Source of the DNA: Planctomycetota bacterium
Lineage (GTDB): Bacteria > Planctomycetota > Phycisphaerae > SM23-33 > FEN-1343
DNA length: 64,000 bases
Assembly: GCA_012514895.1 (NCBI GenBank)
Contig: JAAYZK010000188.1
Coordinates: 25 to 64,024 of the forward strand
Reading direction: 5' to 3'
Shown here piece after piece: positions 41,635 through 49,875 of the stretch. The notes below the pieces were generated by a model that saw nothing but the letters and a program-made list of their open reading frames with translations, did not search any database and was not told where the DNA came from. Each line of letters opens with the position of its first letter. Position 1 is the first letter of the stretch. Made by a program: the position numbers and the translations under genes.

Positions 41635-42951
41635 TCATTCCGCCGCGTCGAGCGGGACGACCGGCGGAATCGGCTTGATGAAGTCCTGGCGAAGGCTGTA
41701 CGTGTACGCGCCCTGGCTGGGCACCAGCAGCACGTCGCCCGGCGCGATGCTTTCGCCCCAGTAGGCATACCCCCAGATGTCGTGCGGCGTGCACAGGCAG
41801 CCGTGGACGTCGCAGGCCTGCTCGGCGAGGGCCGGGCGGGTCAGGTTGACCACGGGGAAGAAGTCGGTCTCGAACCGCTCCCAGCCGACGGCGTTGGTGC
41901 CGGCGTCGGTGATGACCAGGTCCGGCGCCTTGCGGTCGACCACGCGCATCAGCAGGTGCATCCCGTCGTTGCACAGCCAGCGGCCCGGCTCCAGGCAGAT
42001 CGTCGCGCCCTCCAGCGGCAGGTGCTCGGCCGCAGCGGCGGCCAGCGCCGCCGCGAAATCCTCGATGGGCGTGCCCGCCTTCCACCATCGCCGCGGGTCG
42101 GGCAGGGCGTCGGCCGACAGCATGTGCCGCAGCGTCCCGGCGGGCGTAGCGGCGGTCTGGAGCCACTCGCCCGACTCGGGCCAGTAGCCGCCGCCGATGT
42201 CCACGAATTCCAGGGCCGACACCTGCCGGGCGGGCAGCGCCCGCAGCGTGCGGCCCAACTGGCCGAGGAAGTCCGTCTGGGCGGACGGCCGGAGGTTCCA
42301 GCTCGTGTGGAACTGCAGCCCCCGCAGGTCCACGTGTCCGCAGCGGTCCGCCTCGTCGAAGAAGCGTCCCAGGTCGGCCAGGGGGATGCCGAACTTCCGC
42401 CAGAACCCCCGCGGGTCGACCGTCAGGCGCACGCCGGCACGGACCGTCGCCCCGCGGGCGGACGCCAGGGCCTCCAGCCGGGCCAGCTCGGAGAAACTGT
42501 CGATGAGGATCGTCACCCGCCCGGCGTGCCCGACCGCCAGGGCCAGTTCCGCGTCGGTCTTGCCCGGACCGCTGAAGATGATCGACTCGGCCGGGAGGTC
42601 CAGGGCCACCTGCAGTTCGCGCCCGCTGGAGACGTCCAGCCCCAGCCCGCACGCCACCATGACAGCGGCGACGTCCGGGCAGTTGTTGCTCTTCATCGCG
42701 TAGTAGACGCGGGTCGGGCGGCCCATCGCGGCGGCGAACGCGTCGCTGAACCGCCGCGCCCGGTCGCGAAGGGCCTGGCGGTCCAGGACGTACAGCGGCG
42801 AGCCGTGGCGGCGCACCAGGGCCAGGTACGACTCGGCGCGGGCGACGTGGCGGGCCACCATCGACGCGATGGCCTCCGCCGGCACCTCCGGCAGCGGCTC
42901 GTTCATCGCAGCGGCCGCCTTGGCGAGCAGCGCGGCATGGGGATCGTTCAC
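41635..42951 (-). CDS. PLP fold-type III (Orn/DAP/Arg) decarboxylase family protein
   Basis: 'SPLYVLD', 'YYAMKSN' (PLP Lys), 'SGPGK', 'KFG', 'DIGGG', 'EPGR', 'GCLCTPHD', 'GAYT'. GTG start at 42951 overlaps the upstream TGA (GTGA). Confidence 0.88.
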   Translation of the reverse strand: MNDPHAALLAKAAAAMNEPLPEVPAEAIASMVARHVARAESYLALVRRHGSPLYVLDRQALRDRARRFSDAFAAAMGRPTRVYYAMKSNNCPDVAAVMVACGLGLDVSSGRELQVALDLPAESIIFSGPGKTDAELALAVGHAGRVTILIDSFSELARLEALASARGATVRAGVRLTVDPRGFWRKFGIPLADLGRFFDEADRCGHVDLRGLQFHTSWNLRPSAQTDFLGQLGRTLRALPARQVSALEFVDIGGGYWPESGEWLQTAATPAGTLRHMLSADALPDPRRWWKAGTPIEDFAAALAAAAAEHLPLEGATICLEPGRWLCNDGMHLLMRVVDRKAPDLVITDAGTNAVGWERFETDFFPVVNLTRPALAEQACDVHGCLCTPHDIWGYAYWGESIAPGDVLLVPSQGAYTYSLRQDFIKPIPPVVPLDAAE

Positions 42952-44210
42952 GCCGCGTCCTCCATGACCACCTGGACGCCGGCCAGCAGTTCCTCGCACT
43001 GGACCGCCACGGCGCGCTTGGGGTCCGGGCGGAAGATGATGAATCCCAGGACCCACAGGTCGTAATGCTCGGGCGGCAGGATGACGCGATGGCCCTTCTG
43101 GCGGATCAGCGTCACCTGGCAGACGCGGGGGTCGGCGGCGGCCTTGCGGGTGTCGATGTGGTGGATCGTGCCGCTCTGCGTGGCATGGATCCGGACAGCG
43201 ACGTGGCGTTTCCACCGGTTGGCGGGCGGCAGGTGGATGGGGCGTCCTTCGGCGACGTCCAGCGCCAGGCCGATCATGTCCACGTCGCCGGCGCGGAGGA
43301 TCAGGTCCGGCAGGCAGTCCCCGCCCGGGCGAGGGGCCAGTTCGAGCATCATCGGGCCTTCGGGCGTGACGATGAAGTCCGCCATGCACACCGAGCGGCT
43401 CAGCCCCACGGCGCGGGCGGCGCGCTGGAGGACATCGGTCAGGCGGGTGCGGCCCAGGCCGCTGGGCAGGCCGGCGGGAACCTCATAGCCGTGAATCGTG
43501 CCGAACGGGCCGCGCCGCAGGCGAACCTTCTTGGCCAGCCGCACGATCCGCAGCCCCTGTTCCTCCAGCAGGAAATCGCAGCTGTACTCGTCGCCGACGG
43601 CGTACTGCTCGGCGACGATCCGCTCGCGGGCGCCGGCGTACATGCGGTTGCCCGCCTGGCGGACCATCGCCTGCTGGATCGACGTGACGCCCGCCGCCGC
43701 CTCGTCGGGGCCGTTGCACAGGAAGACGTACTCGCTGCCCGAGCCGGTGGGGGGCTTCAGGACGCAGACGCCGCCGACGCGCTGTTGGAAGGCGACCGCC
43801 TCGGCGGCGGTGTGGATGATGGCGCCGTCGGGGCAGGGAACATCCGCCGCCCGCCAGACGCTCTTGCACTCGAACTTGTCGCGGCACAGCTCGACGGTGT
43901 CGAGGGAGGGGTAGGGAAGCTCCAGCGCCTGGGCGAGCTTGGCCGCCAGGGCGAGGGCTTCGCAGTCGTAGCAGGTGATGCCCCCCAGGCGGATGTCGTG
44001 GCGGCGCAGATGTGCGGTCAGGGCCCGGCGGACCCGCTGGGAGTTGCGCAGATCCTCCAGCAGTTCGGTCCGCTCATCCGGCGCCGGTTCGATCCCGCGG
44101 CTTCGCTCGGCCGGGTCGGTGACAAAGAGAGCACGCCCGGGCCACGTCCGGTCGATCCAATGGACGTAGTCCGTGGTGGTGCCGACCACGAGCACGCGCG
44201 TGTCAGGCAC
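42948..44210 (-). CDS. ATP-grasp ligase family protein
   Basis: 'CRDKFECK', 'VLKPPTGSGS', 'AEQYAVGDEYSCD', 'MLELAPRPGGD'. GTG start at 44210 overlaps the GNAT stop. Confidence 0.87.
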   Translation of the reverse strand: MPDTRVLVVGTTTDYVHWIDRTWPGRALFVTDPAERSRGIEPAPDERTELLEDLRNSQRVRRALTAHLRRHDIRLGGITCYDCEALALAAKLAQALELPYPSLDTVELCRDKFECKSVWRAADVPCPDGAIIHTAAEAVAFQQRVGGVCVLKPPTGSGSEYVFLCNGPDEAAAGVTSIQQAMVRQAGNRMYAGARERIVAEQYAVGDEYSCDFLLEEQGLRIVRLAKKVRLRRGPFGTIHGYEVPAGLPSGLGRTRLTDVLQRAARAVGLSRSVCMADFIVTPEGPMMLELAPRPGGDCLPDLILRAGDVDMIGLALDVAEGRPIHLPPANRWKRHVAVRIHATQSGTIHHIDTRKAAADPRVCQVTLIRQKGHRVILPPEHYDLWVLGFIIFRPDPKRAVAVQCEELLAGVQVVMEDAA

Positions 44211-45162
44211 GGCCGCGGAGGACCTCAGTCCGGTCGGAGGCGGTGTCGGCGCCGGCGTCATCGTTTCGCACCTGATACAGAGGGCGAGGCGTCAGGTGGA
44301 ACCGCTCTTTCCACCCGAAGTCGCCGCAGAGGAAATCCACCAGGTCAAAGCGCTGATGGCACGCCCAGTCCATGTGATGGAAGTTGATTACCTTGGCGAT
44401 CCCGGGCAGGGCCGGATCGGTTCCCCCGGCCAGGACCGTGTACGTGTTGCGGTACACCGCACCGATGTCGACGGCCGCGACGCGATCGCCGGCCAGGACC
44501 GTCGTGACCCGCAGCCAGCCCCGCTCGTGCAGAAAGGCCACCAGCGCCCGGAAGGACTCCAGGAACCGCCCGTCGGCGAAATACGATCGTTCCCCCAGCG
44601 ACGCCAGGTTCATCTCGAAGACCCTGTCGGCGTCGCGCAGGTCGTCGTGGCGGAAGCTCAGGCCGCCGCAGGCCAGCGCATCCATCTCGCGCTGAAGTTT
44701 CTTGCGGCTCTTGCCGGAGAAGCACTCGAAGTACCTGTCGAAGCTGTAGTTGTAGTCCGGCGGTCGGAACAGATACCCGATTTCGTCGACCGCCTCGTTC
44801 GCCGGCGCGGCGGGGAAGGACCCGGCCGTCAGGTAGCGCAGGTGCGCCGGTCGGGGGCAACCGGCGAGCAGGGCCTCGGTGACGTCGGGCGAGGCCGCGA
44901 CGATGCGGTTCTGTTCCAGCCAAGTCTTGCCGTGGTAGGTCTCGCCTGGGAAGCAGCCCCAGTAGCCGTGATCCTCGATGTCGCTCAGCGCCAGCAGTCC
45001 CTGGGGGGCCGACGGGCCGCCCGGGACGATGAACAGCGGGCGGTAGCGGTAGTGCCGATGAAAGCACAGCCGCACCTCCCACAGGTCGAACAACGTGGCC
45101 GTACCCACCAGGTGCTGCCACAGACGACCGCACGTCTCGATGTTGTCAATGACAGCGACCAT
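44203..45162 (-). CDS. GNAT-fold acyltransferase (Acetyltransf_6/FemAB-like)
   Basis: 'SFDRYFECFSGKSRKKLQRE', 'GWLRVTTV...RVAAV', 'PGIAKVINFHHM', 'VDFLCGDFGWKERF' (typical DFxxGxxxYK-like end). Confidence 0.78.
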   Translation of the reverse strand: MVAVIDNIETCGRLWQHLVGTATLFDLWEVRLCFHRHYRYRPLFIVPGGPSAPQGLLALSDIEDHGYWGCFPGETYHGKTWLEQNRIVAASPDVTEALLAGCPRPAHLRYLTAGSFPAAPANEAVDEIGYLFRPPDYNYSFDRYFECFSGKSRKKLQREMDALACGGLSFRHDDLRDADRVFEMNLASLGERSYFADGRFLESFRALVAFLHERGWLRVTTVLAGDRVAAVDIGAVYRNTYTVLAGGTDPALPGIAKVINFHHMDWACHQRFDLVDFLCGDFGWKERFHLTPRPLYQVRNDDAGADTASDRTEVLRGRA

Positions 45163-45166
45163 GAAG

Positions 45167-45556
45167 CTACTTCCTCAGCGTCACATGCATTGTGCTGGAC
45201 CGGCCGGCGAAGTACCGCTGGGCGAAGTCCCGGACGACGTCGGGGTCGTAGGGCTTGCAGCTGAACACGTCCAGGTAGGTGGCGTTGGTCAGGTTGGCGA
45301 AGTGGGCCGAGATCAGCGAGGTCTCGATCAACTGCACCATCGAGAAGCCGGCGACCTTCTCGTCTTCGCCGAAGTGGACCACCTGGGTCTCACCGAACCG
45401 CTTCATTTCGATGAGTTCGCACAGGTCGACCACGAACTGCTTGATGTAGTCGGCCGAGCGGATCAGGTCCGGATCGCAATCATAGATGTCGATGCTGGAC
45501 GCCACTCCCCAGACGCCCTGTTCGATGGCACTCTCCTTCACGGCTTGTCCATTCAT
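45167..45556 (-). CDS. speD: Pyruvoyl-dependent S-adenosylmethionine decarboxylase (SpeD) family proenzyme
   Basis: 'IDIYDCDP', 'VVHFG', 'GFSMVQLIETSLISAH', 'YLDVFSCK'; 129 aa; GAGGAG RBS. Confidence 0.85.
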   Translation of the reverse strand: MNGQAVKESAIEQGVWGVASSIDIYDCDPDLIRSADYIKQFVVDLCELIEMKRFGETQVVHFGEDEKVAGFSMVQLIETSLISAHFANLTNATYLDVFSCKPYDPDVVRDFAQRYFAGRSSTMHVTLRK

Positions 45557-45708
45557 CGCTACACTCCTCTGTCAGACGGATTTGGCCCGCCTGATCTACC
45601 TGTGGGTCCGCCGTCGGCGTCCCCGGGTCTCCGTATCCCGCAGCCAGTGGCCGTCACAGGGGCGGCACACCCGGCGTGGTATACGCCGCGCCGTTAGGGG
45701 GGCGTATC

Positions 45709-45723
45709 GCACACTGCGTGCCA
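45709..45723 (-). promoter_or_regulatory. Sigma54 (-24/-12) promoter of the speD operon
   Basis: Minus strand TGGCACGCAGTGTGC, i.e. TGGCAC-N5-GTGC with GG-N10-GC spacing, next to a sigma54 activator gene. Confidence 0.75.
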
Positions 45724-45838
45724 GAGAAATGCCAGAGGCCCGAAGAAATTCGATGCGGCGGTTTCTGGGCGATCTGCGCAAAAAATGCCGACCGGTTTCC
45801 GCAGACCGGCCACCTGAACCACCCCCGAAGGGCGATCT

Positions 45839-46009
45839 TCGGTATGCAGATACCGATTGTGGAGCGGCTTGGGAACCTCCACAATCCCTTGCAGTCCCGC
45901 CGGAGGAGCAGCCACGAAAAAACTGCTCAGGAAAGAGGAAAAGTCGCTTCCGTCCTCATGGTGTCGGTACGATAATGCCGAAATCTGCGGTCAGGTATCA
46001 GCGTACCGA
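45839..46009. promoter_or_regulatory. Three related palindromic boxes (TCGGTAy-N4-rTrCCGA), putative enhancer/operator sites
   Basis: tcggtatgcagataccga (45839-45856, perfect 7-bp arms), tcggtacgataatgccga (45964-45981) and caggtatcagcgtaccga (45992-46009). Confidence 0.55.
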
Positions 46010-46029
46010 TTTGATGGACTGGAGAGCTC

Positions 46030-47442
46030 ATGCTTCTGCGAACGATCGTGGCCGTCCGCGGCGGTCGCCTGCTTCGCTGCCTGTCGGAGCGGCTGCCGGC
46101 GCCGGACGTCGTCGTCGAGCGCGTCCGCCCCTCGGAGGGCGCGTGGGACCGGATCCTCCGCAAGGGCGGGGATGTCATCGTGGTCAGCGAATCGCTGATC
46201 CCCGACCCGCTGGAGCGCAGCATCAGTCTCCTCAACGACTTGCCGGAGATCCCCACGTCGGTCGTCATCACCCAGAGCTCCTCGCCCCAGACGCACGCGG
46301 ACCTGCTGGCGTGCGGGTGCGACACGGTCCTGTACGCCGCCCTGCCCGAGGACCAGCTCGTGGACGCCATCGACGCGACGATCGAGAATCGCCGCCAACT
46401 GGTCAGCCGCACGCTGGTCGATCACGGGGCCGGCCACCGCCCCAAGCTGGCCGATTTCGTCTCGGAAGGGCCCACGATGCAGATGTTCATGCAGGTCGTC
46501 CGCCGCGTGGTGCCCAGCAGCGCCACGTTGCTGCTGCTGGGGGAGACCGGTGTGGGCAAGGAGCACCTGGCCCGGGCGATCCACGCCGAGAGCCCCCGTT
46601 CGGGCGGCCCCTTCGTGGCCATCAACTGTGCGGCCCTGCCCGAGCAACTGCTGGAGAGCGAGCTGTTCGGCCACGAGGAGGGGGCTTTTACGGGCGCGAC
46701 CCGCAGCCGGCGGGGGGCCTTCGAGCTGGCCCACGGCGGGACGCTCTTCCTCGATGAGATCGGCGAGATGCCTTTGCACCTGCAGGCCAAGCTGCTGCGG
46801 GTCCTCCAGGACTTCGAGGTCCGCCGCGTGGGCAGCGAGCGCGGCGTCGAGGTCGACGTGCGGGTGATGGCGGCCTCCAACCGCAGCCTGAAGGATGAAT
46901 CCGAGGCCCACCGATTCCGCCAGGACCTCTACTACCGGCTCAGCGTCATCGAACTGGTCGTCCCGCCCCTGCGGGACCGCCCCGAGGACATTCCCGCGCT
47001 GGCCGGCGGATTCCTCGCACGCATCGGCCCCAAGATCGGCATCGACGTCCGGTCCATCGCCGCCGACGCCATGGAGAAGCTCTGCCAGTACGACTGGCCC
47101 GGCAACGTCCGCGAGCTGTCGAATGTCCTGGAGCGGGCCATGCTTCTGTGCGAAGGCGACCAGATCACCCTGGACGATCTGCCCGTGAGCATCACCGGCG
47201 CGCGGCCCAACTCCCACGCGTCGTCGGCCCCCTTCACCGCCGATCAGTGGCGGGGCAAGACGCTCCACGAGGTCACCGCCGCGGCGATCGAGCAGGTCGA
47301 GCGAGCCTACCTCGAGATGCTCCTGGGCGAGACCGGCGGACGGGTCGGCGACACCGCCCGGCGGGCGGGCATCCACCCGCGGGGCCTCTACAACAAGATG
47401 CGCAGGCACCGGCTGCGGAAAGAGGACTTCCGCCGGCGATAG
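46030..47442 (+). CDS. Sigma54-dependent enhancer-binding protein (degenerate receiver - AAA+ - HTH)
   Basis: Walker A 'GETGVGKE', 'ESELFGH..GAFTGA', '[12 protein letters not shown]', 'FRQDLYYRL', 'WPGNVREL', C-terminal Fis-type HTH. Confidence 0.95.
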   Translation: MLLRTIVAVRGGRLLRCLSERLPAPDVVVERVRPSEGAWDRILRKGGDVIVVSESLIPDPLERSISLLNDLPEIPTSVVITQSSSPQTHADLLACGCDTVLYAALPEDQLVDAIDATIENRRQLVSRTLVDHGAGHRPKLADFVSEGPTMQMFMQVVRRVVPSSATLLLLGETGVGKEHLARAIHAESPRSGGPFVAINCAALPEQLLESELFGHEEGAFTGATRSRRGAFELAHGGTLFLDEIGEMPLHLQAKLLRVLQDFEVRRVGSERGVEVDVRVMAASNRSLKDESEAHRFRQDLYYRLSVIELVVPPLRDRPEDIPALAGGFLARIGPKIGIDVRSIAADAMEKLCQYDWPGNVRELSNVLERAMLLCEGDQITLDDLPVSITGARPNSHASSAPFTADQWRGKTLHEVTAAAIEQVERAYLEMLLGETGGRVGDTARRAGIHPRGLYNKMRRHRLRKEDFRRR

Positions 47443-47460
47443 ACGCCCGGCCTGCCGTCC

Positions 47461-47910
47461 TCAGTGCGCCGCCCCGCGCCTCCGCTCCAGTTGCCTGGCG
47501 TAGTCGATGCAGTACTTCGCCCAGGGCCGTGCACGCAACCTGCTGATCGAAATGGGCTTGCCCGTCGCCAAGCAGATGCCGTACGTCCCGTCCTCGATGC
47601 GGGCCAGCGCCTCTTCGACCTCGCGGAGTTCCGCCCGCTGGCTGCTGTAGAGCCCGGCGTTCAACTCGATGTGCTCGGTATCGATGGCCTGTTCGGGCAG
47701 CTCGGAATTGTCGCGGCTGCCCTCCATCGAACGGCTGACCGCCGAACTGATGTCCGTGATATGGCCCAGCAGTTCCCGTCGCTTCTCGATCAGGCGCTCG
47801 CGCAACTCCTCGAGGTCCCCGGGAGCCAGTTCCGTTTCGACTGCCGCCTTGCGACCGGACCGGGACGCCCGCGATGCTGACGCGCTGCTGTCTGACAACT
47901 TCGAAGTCAT
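47461..47910 (-). CDS. DksA/TraR family protein (two-Cys variant)
   Basis: Coiled coil followed by 'ELREVEEALARIEDGTYGICLATGKPISISRLRARPWAKYCIDYA'. Confidence 0.85.
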   Translation of the reverse strand: MTSKLSDSSASASRASRSGRKAAVETELAPGDLEELRERLIEKRRELLGHITDISSAVSRSMEGSRDNSELPEQAIDTEHIELNAGLYSSQRAELREVEEALARIEDGTYGICLATGKPISISRLRARPWAKYCIDYARQLERRRGAAH

Positions 47911-48139
47911 GCTTCCCTCACCTTGACTGAAGGGACCAACTCTTTTCCGATACGCCGCTCAAGGGGGAGACGCTGCTGACGCCCCCCCTGCGTCGGCCCT
48001 CCGACACACGGCAGGTTCTCTGCCTGAGGCTATTCTAGCGCGGTGGCCGTTGCGAATTGGTCTTTCCCGGATTTCTCCCCCCCCCGGCCGTCCGCGCCGG
48101 CCGCCGACGGGGAGGAACGCTTCGCGGTTACGTTGACTC

Positions 48140-48155
48140 TGGCACAGGTTATGCT
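48140..48155 (+). promoter_or_regulatory. Sigma54 (-24/-12) promoter of the Re-citrate-synthase-like operon
   Basis: TGGCACAGGTTATGCT with GG-N10-GC spacing, about 105 bp upstream of ATG 48262. Confidence 0.75.
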
Positions 48156-48261
48156 TACTCCATTGCTCTGCCGCTCCCATGGTGCGGAGCGGGACAGCCG
48201 TGACAACCCCATTGACGCAGACGCCCCGGCGTGCGCGCCGGGTGCGCCAGGAGTTGCCCAG

Positions 48262-49647
48262 ATGGCCCTGCATTACGACAAGGCGACGCGTTCGTTCTAC
48301 ACCAACCTGCGGCCCCCGGCCCTGCAGGACGTCGATGAACCCAACCTGTACCGGGACATCTTCCCGTACAGCCAGTTTCCCAAGATCCCCTTCAGCCACG
48401 AGCGGGTGCCGACGACCATCCCCGAAGAGACCTGGCTGACCGACACGACCTTCCGCGACGGCCAGCAGGCGCGGGCGCCGTACACAGTCGAACAGACCGT
48501 GCAGTTGTTCACCTTCCTGCACCGGCTGGCCGGCCCGGCGGGGCTGATCCGCCAGAGCGAGTTCTTCCTGTATTCCCAGAAGGACCGCCAGGCGGTGGAA
48601 AAGTGCATGGAACTGGGGTTCGAGTACCCCCAGATCACCGGCTGGATCCGCGCCGTCAAGAGCGACTTCGCCCTGGTCAAGGACATGGGGCTGAAGGAAA
48701 CCGGCATCCTGACGTCCTGCAGCGATTACCACATCTTCCTGAAGCTCCGCCGCAACCGTCGCGAGGCCATGGAGATGTACCTGGACATCGTCCGGACCGC
48801 CCTGGACAGCGGCATCGCGCCGCGCTGCCATTTCGAGGACATCACCCGGGCCGACTTCGACGGCTTCGTCATCCCCTATGCCGCCGAGCTGATGAAGCTG
48901 GCCGAGCAGTACGACACGCCGGTCAAGATCCGCATGTGCGACACGCTGGGCTTCGGCGTCCCCTACGTCGGGGCCGACCTGCCCCGCTCGGTCGCCAAGA
49001 TCACCTACTACCTCCACCAGCAGGCCGGCGTGCCCAGCGAGTGGCTGGAGTGGCACGGGCACAACGACTTCCACAAGGTGCTCGCCAACGCCACCACCGC
49101 CTGGCTGCACGGCTGCTGCGCCGCCAACGGCACGCTGCTGTCGATCGGCGAGCGGACCGGCAACCCGCCCATCGAGGGTCTGCTGGTCGAGCACGCGATG
49201 CTGTGGGGCGAGGGCAAGGGCGTCGACTACGCCGCGATCACCGAACTGGCCGATTACTACCGCGTCGAGATCGGCTACGACATCCCCCCGCTCTACCCGC
49301 TGGTCGGCAGGGACTTCAACGTCACCCGCGCCGGCATCCACGCCGACGGCATGCTCAAGAACGAGGAGATCTACAACCCCTTCGACACCGAGCGGATCCT
49401 GCGCCGGCCGCCCCGCGTCGCGCTGACCGACAAGAGCGGCGTCGGCGGGGTCTGCCTGTGGGTCCAGGAGAACTACGAACTCGACGGGGAACTGGCCAAG
49501 GCCGATCCGCGGGTGCAGGCCATTGCCGCCTGGATCGACGCGCAGTACGCCGCCGGCCGCATTGCCGCGATGAGCGACGAGGAAATGGCCGATAAGGTAA
49601 CCGAGGTCTTCGGCGAGGAAGCCCGCCGCAGGCCTGAGACGCTGTAG
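48262..49647 (+). CDS. DRE-TIM metallolyase, Re-citrate synthase-like (isopropylmalate/homocitrate synthase superfamily)
   Basis: 'DTTFRDGQQ', 'HGHNDF', 'IGERTGN', 'AGIHADG'. N-terminal 'EPNLYRDIFPY' extension and no LeuA regulatory domain. AGGAG RBS before ATG 48262. Confidence 0.8.
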   Translation: MALHYDKATRSFYTNLRPPALQDVDEPNLYRDIFPYSQFPKIPFSHERVPTTIPEETWLTDTTFRDGQQARAPYTVEQTVQLFTFLHRLAGPAGLIRQSEFFLYSQKDRQAVEKCMELGFEYPQITGWIRAVKSDFALVKDMGLKETGILTSCSDYHIFLKLRRNRREAMEMYLDIVRTALDSGIAPRCHFEDITRADFDGFVIPYAAELMKLAEQYDTPVKIRMCDTLGFGVPYVGADLPRSVAKITYYLHQQAGVPSEWLEWHGHNDFHKVLANATTAWLHGCCAANGTLLSIGERTGNPPIEGLLVEHAMLWGEGKGVDYAAITELADYYRVEIGYDIPPLYPLVGRDFNVTRAGIHADGMLKNEEIYNPFDTERILRRPPRVALTDKSGVGGVCLWVQENYELDGELAKADPRVQAIAAWIDAQYAAGRIAAMSDEEMADKVTEVFGEEARRRPETL

Positions 49648-49670
49648 GCGGCAGGACGAACGGCAACAGG

Positions 49671-49777
49671 GAATATCGAACAAGGAACGTCGAATGTCGA
49701 AGTGAACGGCCAACGACCGCCGGCAGACCCTGCGGCACCCGCTTGCTTCGAGATTCGATGTTCCTTGTTCAGTATTC
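49671..49777. repeat. 32-bp imperfect inverted repeat built from GAA-led heptamers
   Basis: Left arm gaatatcgaacaaggaacgtcgaatgtcgaag (49671-49702) matches the reverse complement of 49746-49777, gaatactgaacaaggaacatcgaatctcgaag, at 28/32 positions. Confidence 0.85.
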
Positions 49778-49875
49778 GATAGTCGTCGCTGCCAGCGTGA
49801 GTTAGGGGGTATTCGACGATCAGGGGGGACAGCAACCATCTTCGCCACGGATATCCGGGGCAGGCGGCGCTTGTC

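Noticed and set aside
41635-42951. Assigning the symbol lysA
   Set aside because: The divergent substrate-side motifs and the operon context argue against assuming diaminopimelate specificity.
48262-49647. Assigning the symbol leuA
   Set aside because: It lacks the C-terminal regulatory domain, has DGQQ and a Re-citrate-synthase-like N-terminus, and has no leu genes nearby.
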